In this document: positions 41,181-54,177 of the stretch, piece after piece
Layout: each line of letters starts with the position of its first letter
Numbering within the stretch: position 1 is the stretch's first letter
Notes under the pieces: generated by a model
Told to the model about the DNA's origin: nothing
The model's input: the letters and a program-made list of their open reading frames with translations, nothing else
Database searches by the model: none
Made by a program: the position numbers and the translations under genes
NCBI GenBank assembly: GCA_964016885.1
Contig: OZ024741.1
Coordinates: forward strand, 113,088,001 to 113,152,000
Source: Eledone cirrhosa
Taxonomy: Eukaryota
Reading direction: 5' to 3'
DNA length: 64,000 nt

Positions 41181-42512
41181 TAAATAAACAAACAAACAAA
41201 CAGGCAAAAAAAAAACCAAAAATGAATAAGCATAAGTTTCATTGTAATGTAGTGTTTGAATGTCTGACTTAGTTTTTCCCTTCCCTTCTCTGTCCGTCTG
41301 TTTGTTTTTCTCTTCATTTTTATTTTCTTTACGTTTTTCGTTGTTGCTGTGCTGCTTTGATTTTGATTTTTGTTTTTTTGATTTTGACCGGGTCATCAAT
41401 TCAGTCTATTTATATATTTTGATGCCTTCCTCTTTTAGTGGGGATTCTACAATGTAGCAGGGGGTAGCGGGAGATAATAGCGGCGGTAGTGATAATGAGG
41501 CAGTGGTGGTGGTGGTGGTGGCGGTGCTGTGCTAGCAGCAACTAGCAGGACGTAGTGAGAGAGAATAGCCGCGGTAGCGATAATGAGGCAGTGGTGGTGG
41601 TGATGTGATCGTATTACTGTAGTGATGGTGTTGAAGTTGGAGTAGAAATAGCGGTTGAGTCGACTTGACCAGAGTTTTCATCGTGGTAGTGGTGGAGGTG
41701 TTGGTGGTGAAATTATCTTTAGTTATTTAGTCATTTTGTCATTTTCCTCCTTTTCGACTCTAACATTCCTGATCCAAAATTAAATATTAATCTTGTTTAT
41801 TAATATTGTCTAGTGGTACCGTCATCTTCCCCTTTCGTAAGTTAACAGAAGGTAATGGGGGGGATAGCGGTGGTAGCAATGAAGGAGTGGTGGCGGCGGT
41901 GATGGGATAGTGGTAGTAATGATGGATGGGCGGCGGTGGCGGTGACTGTAGTGATGGCGTTGTCGTTACTGAGTTTTGTTGAATAGACTGTAATTTTGTT
42001 TGATCGGTGCATCTATGGGGTTAGTCGCATATATGTGTTGACATATTTTTCTTAATATTGGAATTAAACATTTTGTTAAAACTTGAGACAATAATAATAG
42101 TAATTATTATTATTATGCTGAGATTGGTGGTGGTGGTGGTGAAATTGCCGTTATCTGGCTGTTGTGTTTAGTGTACACAGAGGGGTGATGGGGTAGGTGG
42201 TGTATCTAGTTTCTGTTGTTGGTGAAATTGCTGTTATTTGGCTGTTCTATATAGTGTAGACAGAGGGGGTTTTCTTCCATTTATAACCATTTTCTTTTTT
42301 GAATATAAAATGTATAATACAAAATTGAATATTTGAGCGATATAACAATATATTATGGATCCAAATTTTTTGGGGGCTTAAGCCGGATACTTTATGTAAC
42401 ATTTGTACTAAGAATTGTTATTTCACAATTGATTTAAATATGTTAAAAATCAAAACTTACGGGAGCGATTTCACGACCTTCTATCCACCATGTGCGTCTT
42501 CTTCCCTATCCC

Positions 42513-42513
<1 letters not shown>

Positions 42514-42567
<54 letters not shown>

Positions 42568-44410
42568 TCTGAGTGGGTCATGGGGGTCAGAGTCCTCAAA
42601 CACTCCTTCCAGCAGGTCCTGTCAGAAGCCACTGTCTCCAACTGATCAGGTTGGATCCCCAAGTGAGACCAACCAAGCTCATGGATGTTATCCAAACATC
42701 TTACTCTGGGTCTACTCCTGGGTCTCTTGCCAGTTGGTTTTGTCCATAAAATCTGTCCAGCGATTCTTTCCTCAGTCATTCTAACCACATGCCTATATTA
42801 TCAGAGCTATTATCTCTAAATTTGGTCGCTTGTATTCACAATTGTATTCTTTTGGTCATTACACAAGATTAATGACCATAGGTAAGGGCTGTCATGAATA
42901 CTGAACTGAAGATAGCGAGTTTGGCTTTTACACCTACCTCCCTTCTTCTGAATACCAAATGATGAAGCTGACACATTGCTACACCAGCTCCTGCAATTCT
43001 TGGACTTACTTCAGCCTCCTGCCTTCCATCACTCAGGAACATGGCCCTGAGATATTTGAACTTCTCCATCTGCTTCAATGGAGCTCCATTCATATGTAAT
43101 GTGCACTGCGCAGGCTTCCCAGTTGACTGATTTTATACCCACCAGTCATGATACCACTTCCAAGCCAGATGCGCATGTCAATCCTGTTCATGAAAATAAT
43201 GAATAGGTGAGGTGACAGTACACATGTTTGGTAGAGTCTGACACCCACATTAAATGGTTTCGATTTAGCACCATTTGTCCAAACACAAATACTCGAGCAT
43301 TAGGGCAGCAAGGATCTAACCAACTATCCGATATTACTGCACAACCTTCCACAGTAGGTCCTGAGGAATGCAGTCATATACCTTTTTGAAGTCTAGAAAA
43401 CAAGAATATACCTCTTGGCAATAGTCCCACAATTTCTCAAAGACTTGCCACAGTGTGAATATTTAGTCGGCTGTGCTGTGTCTGGGGCAAAAACCGCACT
43501 GTTCACCCTCTAACTTGGATTCAACAATCTCCCTGCATCTCCTGTCTCCCTTTTTGAAAATTGGGATTATCACTCCTGATTGTCATTGTCTTTCCAGAGA
43601 TCCAGGCCACCTTGCGCACATGAGTCAGCCAGAGAATATCTTCGCTATTTAAGGCTTATGACATCTTGGGCTGGATTTCATCTTCCCCTACAGCCTTGCC
43701 ATATTTGAGCTCTTTAACTGTTCTTGTGACCTCTGCCTCTGAGAGATTAGTCACCACTCCCAGATGCACCTCGTGTTCATCAGAAGATGCTGTTGTGATC
43801 GTGTTTAGGTGATCAGCAAAGTATTCTCTCCACCTAGCAAGGATGCACCTCTCTGAGGAGGAGAGAACCCCACTTGCATTCATGATAACAGGTGTGGAGG
43901 AGAACTTCTTATTTCGAAGTCATCGGATGACCTGCCAGAGCACTTTCTTTGCTAATCTGAAGTCAGATTCCAGCTTTATTCCAAAGTCCTCCTATATCTT
44001 ATATTTGGATGTCTTTACTGTCTTTGCTTTGATTCTTCATACCTACCTATACTGCAAGTACAAGCCAAGTACAAGCCAAGCTTTGTAGGCCTCTTTTTTT
44101 GCTCAGATAGCATCTTTGACCTCTTGATTGAACCAAGGGGTCCTCCTGCCATCCAGCACCACATCAAACCTCTTTTGTGACAACTGATCACCATCTCGTT
44201 ATCTGCAACTTGAGACTACCTAAAGTCAAAGATGCCCATAAAACTGGCAGGTCCAGGGTAACCTACAGGATAAGGTGGGAAGCATTGGTGAGTAACAAAT
44301 TCAGAACCAGGTATGCAGATACTATTGCTTCCAAATTCAGAGAACTCCCTGAGCAAACTGAGGGCGTTGAGACAGAGTTGTTCAGCTCAGCAGTTTCTGC
44401 TTCAACTGAT
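42514..44410 (-). mobile_element. Third RTE family with (TAA)n tail and an inverted 5' segment (44177-44410, +)
   Basis: Minus-strand pieces TPWFNQEVKDAI, ILARWREYFADHL, CFLDFKK.YD, LKQMEKFKYL and KRPRSRPRVR; plus-strand APE end TTDHHLVICNL...RIRWEAL. Confidence 0.88.
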
Positions 44411-44489
44411 TTTTAATTATAATTCATCAATTAACTCTGTCATTTCTGGTTTTGTCAATCATCAACTTCTAATGATCATGCATTATATG

Positions 44490-44775
44490 ACCCTTTTCCA
44501 CCTGCTTTAAATCGGAAGTGGAACATGCAATCAACAATGTGAAAATCAGTAAGAGTTCAGGAGTATATATCTTCTCAGAATATCTCAAAGCTGGTGGAGA
44601 AATCTGTGTGAATGGATTTATATATCTTTTCAATTGAATACTAATCACTGGCTCAATGCTTCAAACCTTTAAAGACTCACTTATAGTGGTTATTTTCAAA
44701 AAGGATAGTCAAGTGAATTGTGGCAATTACCATCCAATCAGCCTCATAAGTCATTTTTATAAATTGTTTATAAGC
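44490..44775 (+). mobile_element. Old RTE RT N-terminal fragment
   Basis: SEVEHAINNVK, EYLKAGG and IFKKDSQVNCGNYHPISLISHFYKLF. Confidence 0.75.
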
Positions 44776-45624
44776 CTCATTGTTTCACTTTTATTAAGAA
44801 TGATCTCTTTGTATCTTTTCCTACATTTCAAACAGCATAACAAAGTAGTTCATCACAAAGTGATCAATAAATTAAGTAACGAGTTCATCACCATCATCCT
44901 CATCATTATCTTACATCCCATTTCTATACTAGCATGGGTTGGACAGGTTGTCATGTTCCATACTTAACATTGTTTCACCAACCTCCTTACAGGGTTTGTC
45001 AGGTGCAATTTTTATGAAATCAGCATAAAGGGTTTTTTTCATAACACCAGGAGTACATTTTCACAACATCAGCATCAGTATGTTTTTGTAACATCAGCAG
45101 GTGTGTATTTTTTTTGTAGTACTAGCAGAAGTGTGTTTTTTGTGACACCAGTGGAAGTGTGTTTTTCATGACATCAGCATCAGTGTGTTTTGTGACACAG
45201 CAGAAGTGTGTTTTTGTTGATACCAGCTATTTGTTTTTCATGTTGTTCATGATACCAGCTTAAGAGTCTTGTTGGGGTTTTTTGTGACACCAGCACTACC
45301 ACTTTACAAAGTGATCAACTAATCACTTTTAGGTGGTTCCCCAACATGGTTACAGTCTAATAAATGAAACCAGTAAAAGAAATAAGAAAAATGTTAGTTG
45401 ATATCCAGAATCAATCATAGAATGATGTAGATTTAGAAATTGGTGTGATTTTCTGTTGTTAAATCCACATGGACCCTCTTAGGGTTTTATATACTAATGC
45501 TTTATGGAGAACAGTAAGATTTCTTCACTGATTTCCCTTCAAAAGAAAGATGCCGAACAAATGTAGCATGAAGGAGATTATATGAACAGAGTAAAATGAA
45601 ATTTAAAGCAACAACCTAAAAGCG

Positions 45625-45862
45625 ATGTTGTTATTGTTGCTGTTACTATTATTGTTGTTATTGTTGTTATTGTTGCTGATATTGTTATTGTGATTGCTGT
45701 CATTATTTCTGTTATTGATATTGTTGCTTTTGTTGGAAGAGCTGTTATTATGGTTGTTGTTGTTGTTGCTAATGGTGTTATTGTTGTTATGGTGGTGGTT
45801 GTTGACATTGATGTTGTTATTGCTGTTGGTGGCACTCTAATTGTTGTTGATGATGATGATGT
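45625..45862. repeat. Degenerate (TTG/TTA)n trinucleotide low-complexity tract
   Basis: Directly visible; explains the Thr/Ile-rich ORF 45578-45835. Confidence 0.9.
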
Positions 45863-45989
45863 TTAGAGATTCATATGAGATTGTTTGACAATAATCTCTG
45901 ATTCAGATTACTGCTAAAACGTAAACCTGTAAAATAAATGAATAGTGGCAATGTGTGTGTACAGGTGTGTGGGTGTATCCATAGACATA

Positions 45990-46045
<56 letters not shown>

Positions 46046-46150
46046 CATACATATATATATTATACATACACGCACATATGTATATATATATATGTGCATA
46101 TATATATACACACATATATATACACACCCACATATATGTATATATATATA

Positions 46151-46209
<59 letters not shown>

Positions 46210-46326
46210 ATGTGCATATATTGATATATATATATATATGCATATACATATATATATATATATAATGTGTGTGTGTATATATATATGTGCATCTGTATAT
46301 ATATATATATATATACATAAATGAGC

Positions 46327-46372
<46 letters not shown>

Positions 46373-46751
46373 GCTCATATATATATAGGTATATAAATAA
46401 TTTGTTATCTAATGCAAGCTTGGAGATAAAAATACAGCTTTATCAATTCATCTTAATGGTGGTACAGTACTCTTTAGTATTGTGTGGTTCCCATATCTGG
46501 AATAAGATTTATTGCTCCCATAAGGCACACTTTTCGGAAATGACAATAATGGACCTCACACATACACGCATTCATATATATATATATATACATTCTTACA
46601 TACAGTTAGAAATGTAAAATAGATTCATATGTATAAATGTACATACTAACACGTGAGCTTATAAATATATATATAGTATGCACACATGTATAGCTAAATG
46701 TATACTCTTATGTATATGTGTCTCTCTCTATATATATGTATACACATAAAC

Positions 46752-46797
<46 letters not shown>

Positions 46798-46816
46798 ATA
46801 TATGTATATATATATA

Positions 46817-46871
<55 letters not shown>

Positions 46872-47548
46872 ATATATGTATATATATATATGCATATATA
46901 TATATATATATACAATGTATGTGTATCTATACATATATATATATATATATATATATAATGTATGTGTTTGATGTGTCTACCAAAGATAATTACTTCATTT
47001 TGTCTTTATAGCTTTTTATTGATACCTCTGACTATTTCATTATTTGCTTTTTAAGCTGTTTAGATTTTTCTTGAAATCTAATATATTAGTGGCCAAACAG
47101 CATGACTTAGTACTAAATTCCTTGAAACAAGGTTGTTAACCCAGCCAATAGGCATCAACTAGTTGAATGACACACTGCCATAAAATTGCTTCGAAAATCC
47201 CCCATTTGTTTAGAAAATATAATTAGCCATCACAATAATAAGGATTTCTGATTGAAGAACAAGACCAACAACTTTTGGAGAGGGTAAAGTCGATTAAATC
47301 GACCCCAGAGCATTGCTGGTGCTTTAGTTTATTGATCCAATAACGATGAAAGGCAAAGCTAACCATGGCAAGATTTGAATTCAGCATGTAAAGGGACGTA
47401 ACTATATGCCTCAAAGCATGCTGTCCGACACTCTGCCAATACTGCCAATCACTATAATAATAACAATGATATCTAATTTAGACACAAGGCCAGCAATTTT
47501 GTTTTTGGTGTGTTGGTTCTTCTATTTCAATAGTTCATTATTTTGTTA

Positions 47549-47728
47549 GTGGATTGGCAGTATCGGTAGAGAGTCGGAAGCCATGCTTTCCAGCATAGTT
47601 ATGTCCCTTTACAGTCTGAGTTCAAATCCCGCCGAGGTCAACTTTGCCTTTCATCCTTACAGGGTCGATAAAATAAAGTACCAGTAATGTACTGGGTAAT
47701 TGATGGCCTTGTGCCAAAAGTAGCAACA
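47549..47728 (+). mobile_element. Young Meta-like SINE with a 12-bp TSD, nested in an older antisense copy; further antisense copies at about 47235-47450 and 47880-48000
   Basis: TSD attattttgtta at 47537-47548 and 47729-47740; near-identical to the copies at 12653 and 22432. Confidence 0.85.
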
Positions 47729-48155
47729 ATTATTTTGTTAACTCTGAAAAAATGAAAGACAAAGTTGAACTCGGCTGGATTTGAACCCAGTCTGTAAAAT
47801 GCCAAAACAGATACTGCAAATCATTTTCTTCAAAGCTCTAACAATTTTGTCAATCAAATTTGGGAGGCAAGGATGAATAAGTTGATTACATAGGCCCCTG
47901 TACTTGACTAGCACTTTATTTTATCAAACCTGGAATAATGAAAGGTAAAGTTAACCTCAGAAAGACATCAACTCAGAATGCAAATAGAGGAAACAAATAC
48001 CTCGTTATCATCATCATTTTATGCCTATTCTCAATGCTGGCATGGGTTGGACAAATCATTATGGTTCATGACAAAACTGATCAGACAACAATGTCTTGCT
48101 CATATGTTCCATATTTAAGTGTGATTTCTACATCTGGCTGCCTTTCCTAATACCA

Positions 48156-48443
48156 ACCACTTTTCAAGGTGCACTGGATGTCTTCTATCATGGCACCAGC
48201 ACTACCACTTTACAGAATGTACTGGGCATATTTTATCATGGCACCAGCACTACCACTTTACAGAAAGTACAGAGTGTATTTTATCATGACACCAGCACTA
48301 ACACTTTACAGATTGTGCTGAGTGTATTTTATTATGGCCCCAACACTACCACTTTACGGTGTGTACTAGTTGCATTTTATCATGGAACCAGTATTACCGC
48401 TTTAGAGGGTGTGCTGGGTGTATTTTATTATGGTACCAGCAGT
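48156..48443. repeat. 48-bp tandem repeat x 6 derived from an RTE 3' UTR unit
   Basis: Unit accactttacagaatgtactgggcatattttatcatggcaccagcact; preceded by an RTE-like antisense end at 48005-48155; explains the 181-aa ORF. Confidence 0.85.
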
Positions 48444-49559
48444 AGAGAGGAGGTTATGAATTCACAGGAAATGTACTTGATTTCATTTATTTTTTATATT
48501 GATTTTTATCTATTTTTTAAAAAATTTTATTCATTCTGCAATAGGTTTAATGCTAGAATAGATAAAGAAGCAAGAAGTGAGCACGATCATAGAAAGTGGA
48601 AGAATAGGAAAAGAAGTAATAGAATCAGAGCAAAAACTTGATAACTGTTGAAAACAGAATTTTTTAACAGTTATCAAAGATTCCAGCAGAATGTCGATAT
48701 TTATTTCAATATTTTTTAAGTTTTTACCATTATATATTTTACATGTAACTTTTTTTAAAGTCTTCCTGTTTGTTTGAAAATCTGTTAATTCTAAGGCATG
48801 TAGTTTCGAGGTGATTTACTGCTGTTATATAACCAGCTATGCTGGTTGGGGTGATTTCTCTTCTTACTAAATCTTTTCTGGCCAAGAAATTGACTCATCT
48901 CAACATCCATAAATATTGATGTTGGAATACGTTTTTTTTTCTATAAAGATAACACCAATATTTTTGCTATATTTCTAACTGTTGTCTGTTTGTCTGACCA
49001 TGTCTCTTTGTTTGTCTATCTGTGTGTCTGTCTGTCTTTCTTTCAGAATATCTATCAATATATCTGTCTGCTTGTATGTATGTTCAAAGAGAACCAGTGA
49101 ACTATGATCTCCACAGTATTGTGAAGATTCTCATGCAATCTGATGCAAGACCTAAGGCCAAGGAGATCCATAGTTTTCATCAATGTACGAAAGAGTGCAA
49201 GTCTCTAGCAGGCATGAAAGGCCATATCCGAGTGTCACACATATGAATCTGACAAGCGATTGCAATACTCTTAGCAGAGTTTGCAGCCATCATGCATATA
49301 TGTATTTCAAATAAAATCCCAGTTAACGATAGCTTGAAGTAAGGAAATATCCCTGCTCCCACACTCAATATTCCTTGCTGTGCTGCTGACTCATAAATTC
49401 CAGGGCTGTGCAAAGGGTATTCTTTTGCAAGTTAGAACTACAGGAAGAATTTTTGACATAAAACGATTCAATTTCAAGTCCAAGGTGTTCCAAACAGTAG
49501 TTAGAGAACTGCATGGAAATGTCGTTGACTTTTTGGCTTTACTCCCAAGATGACAAACA

Positions 49560-50700
49560 ACACACCATGGATTGTTTTGCAGCTTCTTGTAATGCATTTA
49601 GTATGAAAATTAAGTAATGTTCACCCCAGCACCAGGAGAAATATACATTGAGTCAAATATAGTGGTGCATAGAACTAGGCCGGGTGTAGTTGACTCTTTT
49701 GTTTATCAAGGGATGGTTCGCTGGATGTTGAAATATACCTGTGCATTAAGAAGGCCTCTGTAGTCTTCAGAAAACTAAAGAAAAAAAGAGTGGATAGATC
49801 ATGCCATCAATAACAAGACTGTGATTAGTGTGTAGAGGGTCTGCATACAGTGTGCACTGTTGTGCTCCTCAGAAATGTGAACAGTACATCAGGCTGCTTG
49901 AGCACTTTAATCAAAAGTGCTTAAGATGAATTCTTAACATCAAGTACAACGAAAATACCTGACATGCAAATCCTTATTAATGCTGGATGCAGGAACATTG
50001 AATCTGTCATCATATCCTTTCAAATACGTTGGATAGGTCCTATTGTACACATGAATGCTGATAGACTCCCAAAATAACTATTTTACAGTCAACTGCACAC
50101 TGAGAATCACCTTCAGCACAACCCAAGGAAAAGATATAAAGAATGCATAAAAAACAATCTTAAGGATCTGCAGATTGAATTTCAGAACAGGGAAGTGCTA
50201 GCTTTAAAGAGGATTGAATAGAGAGGACATTTGAAGGAAGGCTGCAGAATGTTTGAAGAGAGATGTCTCGACCATGTGTCAGCTTCGAATAGGCCACAGT
50301 ATAAACATCAATAAGAACACTGGGAACTGGAGATGTGAAGTGTGTGGGAGTCTAATGCTCTCTAAATCTGGATAGATCACTCATCTAAAATCACCTGGAA
50401 AACCAACTGTATGCAGCACTATCCCTCCAATACTTGTTGAGACATGTGTGACATGCAGAAAAATCTGCAAATCAATTTATAGTCTGAAAAGGCATATGAG
50501 AATGCATAAGGATGACATCCCACAAACTGACCCAATCAATAAAGGGCACATCTTTTGTCTGTCACATTTTCTGCAGGCTGTGCAAATCTGCAGCCGGACT
50601 GAAAGGCCACCTAAGAGGTCATGAACAGACGTTGGGGTGGTGATGGTGTTGGGGATTTACAGAGAGGGATGGCAATCATCTGCAAAGATAAGACAATCAC
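49560..50700 (+). mobile_element. Decayed RTE (BovB-like) 3' half with C-terminal C2H2 zinc fingers; related short ends at about 49100-49295 and 50780-50875
   Basis: Peptides IKKASVVFRKL, QIRWIGPIVHMNADRLPK, PRKRYKECIK and CVTCRKICKSIYSLKRHMRMH; (TATG)n-like tails. Confidence 0.8.
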
Positions 50701-51889
50701 TATGTATGTATGTGTGTGCGTATGTGTATGTATGTGTGTATGTATGTTTGTGTATGTATGTATGTGTTCATGATATGTTACATGTTCGTGTGGCTGGCCA
50801 TAGCCTAAAATTGCGCCATTTTCTGTAATCTGACAAGCGATTGCAATACTCTTAGCAAAGTTTGCAACCATCATGTATGTGTGTATGTGTGTCTGTATAT
50901 GTATGTATGTGTATGTGTATGTATGCTTATCTATTTGTCTACATATCTATTTATCTATCCAGGGAAAGTGTACGTTAAATGTTGATGATGATAATGATGA
51001 GCTATCAATCTATCTTTCACACACTCTCTCTTTAACTATCAATCAATCTATCTCACACACGCTCTCTCTCTAACTAACTATCTGTCTATCCACTTGTCCA
51101 TCTATGTTTCGATGTCCAAACATGAGGATAAGTATTTAAAAGATATAGCCGAGTATAATATATTTGACACTCAAAATTCACACTGTTGTTACCTAGAGTC
51201 TTTCACTATGTGTAACCCTTCATGTTATAAGGGAAGAAATTCAATTAATTTTAAAGTATGCAGTTTTAATTGATTTACTACTTTTATTCTTATATAACAC
51301 CAAATGCAGGGATATATTCACCTTTCTTCTTACTAAATCTTTCCTGGTTAATTAATTAATTCACTTTAACATCCATAAATATTGCTGTCGGAATGCTTTT
51401 TTGCCATGAAAAAATATACACCTAATTTCATATATACATGCATATGCATGTATATATGAAAGAGGAGCCAATGCATGTAGTAGAATTTATTAATTGTACA
51501 GTAATGGATTGAATCCACAGCTTAAAATACACACACATATATACACATGAGCACACACATGTATATATATATATATATACACACACATTCAAACACAGAT
51601 ACATATATACACACATATATAATTTCTATACATGTAGAAGTATGTGCTTGTGTAAATATTAGATGTATTATATATCTTATGTTCACTAATAAGATCATAC
51701 TGATTATATCTACACAATTTGTCATGGTTTACATTTTTAGATGTGAAATTTAATATATTTAATATTAGCTACTACTTAAACACAATTATTTCATTCACAT
51801 TTTTAAATCTTTATATAATCTAATTATATTACTTAACTCTCTTATATATTTTAAATAGTGATATTGAACACTTGAGTTAGTAAATGTAA

Positions 51890-52215
51890 CTTTAGAAACA
51901 TATTATTATTGGCAAGGGAAGTTGATCAACAAAGGTGGTTGATTTACAATTTTAGAAACATATTGGCAAGAGAAGTTGATCAACAAAGGTGGTTGATCCA
52001 CAAATGTTGATTCACTTTAGAAACATATCGTTATTGGAAGGAAGGTGATCAGCAAAGGTGGCTGATTCACAATTTTAGAAACATATTGTTATTGGTAAGG
52101 GAAGTTGATCAACAAAGGTGGTTGATCCACAAGATGTTGATTAACAATTTTAGAAACATATTGTTATTGGCAAGGAAGTTGATGAACAAAGGTGATTGAT
52201 CCATAATAGATGTTG
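51890..52215. repeat. Tandem repeat, about 55-75 bp x 5
   Basis: Unit tttagaaacatattgttattggcaagggaagttgatcaacaaaggtggttgat. Confidence 0.9.
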
Positions 52216-53563
52216 ATTAACAAAAGAAGTTAATCCACAAGGGAATTTGATTGCTAAGGAAGGTTGATTGGCATGATTGGTAGAGTTGAGATAAAAGCCA
52301 AATTATATTTCATCATTATCTTTATAGTCTGAGATCAACATCAACGTTTACATTTTATCCTTCCTGAAATGATAAAATAAGTACTGTTTGAGTACTGGAA
52401 TTGATCTAAAATCCATGCCTACCCCTCAAAATTGTGACTTATATTAGAAATTAAGTATTTAAGTATTGCATATTATCTCATATGAATAATTATATCTTGA
52501 AGAAGCTGCTTGACATTCGTTCATCTTCAGTGAATGTAGTCTTGGTAAGGAATTGATGTTATCAAATGATATCCAATATCCAATGGGTGTTTCAACACTG
52601 AACTGTTTGGTAGATCAGCAGTGGTGGCCAAATCACTGGCACTTTTCTGCTGGCTTCCAGCTTATCTTCTCTCTCCTGATCAGAATTACACATTTTCTTA
52701 TGTATATATATTAATTTATTTTAGTTATGTATAAATGTATATACCTAATTAATATACATATACACTTTGTCAATTAATAATTTGATCAGCTTACTTTTAC
52801 TTGCAAATAAATATAGACATTTTTATTAATTGCCTATATTAAGCATTTACATGAAAAATAAAATTATCCTATGTCTTATTTATTGGTCATCTTCCTAAAT
52901 CTATTGATTAAAAAAATATTCTTTTATTCTTTTACTAGTTTCAGTAATTGGACTTCTAGCATGCTGGGACATGGCTTTCCTGGGGTTTTAGTTAATCATA
53001 TTGACACCGGTTTATTCCACTAAATGTTAACAGTCATGAACATATTTATAGATATATGTATGATGGGTTTCTGTATAGCTTCTGCCTACCAAATTTTGCT
53101 CACTATTAGCCGACATTAAGAGACATTTACCTAAAATGTCATGCAATGGGTTGTATTTACTTATATATAGTTATATGTTTAATTGAATGGAATCATTAGA
53201 GAATTGGACTAAATGATGCTAAATATATTTTCAGTTCTCTGTATTCTGAGTTTAAATCCTGCCAAGGTCAACTTTGCCTTTCATCTTTTCAGGGGTGATA
53301 AAGTACTAGTTCAGGTTGATGGATTGACCTTTCAGCCCATTGTGTTCTGATTTTCCTTACGATATCATCTGTGCTGAGTTCTATTAGTTCTTGCTTTTCT
53401 CTTCCATAGCATTAGTAGTATGAACAGAGCAAATTTGCAGGAACAGATGACTGCAAATTGCATGGGCCTGCATCTTCGAGAGGCACTTTCCATGGATCAG
53501 GTTCATGATCTCATAAGACATGCAGAGGCCCCAGATATATTTAAGCTATTAAACAAATATTAA

Positions 53564-54177
53564 CCCTCTCAGACCTGAGGCCCTGTGTTTAACTTTACCC
53601 TCCATCTGGGCTCCTGAGCAAAAAAATAAATAGTTGCATGTACATCTGAAAATAATGATTACAAACAATCTAATGGACAGAAACAACACAAGGTACAGTA
53701 AATGTATCTACCAACCTGTCATCTATCTTTACATAATCTCCAATACACCTATCAGCATCAGCTGTGGGCCACATCAAATATATGCAACTGAATTGCTAAT
53801 TTCTTCACCACTTTCACAAGTTTCTGTGACTGAATCCCTATCACTGTCTGTATAACAGTAAAATTGTTGAAATCTTTTCTCACCATAGAATAAATATCAT
53901 CAACAATTTCCTCAACTGTAAAGAGCCAAGGACTTGCTCATTTACCAGATCAAGTGCTAAATTCATCGCACTCTCATTTCACTGAAAATACAAAATTTGT
54001 TTTTTTCGATTAGAAACAAAGTAAACAACAACTATAGGGGTTGCAATTAACAATGACTCATAAACACATGTAGCTACAAACCTGAAACAGTATCGGTTGT
54101 CTATTTTTAGTATTTTATCTTCTTTTTCTATGTGTCTTATTCATTACCTATAATAGCATGAACATAGCATGACAGGG
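53564..54177 (-). mobile_element. piggyBac-like non-autonomous element
   Basis: TTAA|CCCTCTCA ... TGACAGGG|TTAA ends. The minus strand carries acidic FTVEEIVDDIYS / DSDRDSVTETCESGEE, resembling a piggyBac transposase N-terminus (inference). Confidence 0.5.

Noticed and set aside
48096-48641. 181-aa repetitive ORF
   Set aside because: It stays open only because the 48-bp repeat unit is a multiple of 3; the unit derives from an RTE 3' UTR.
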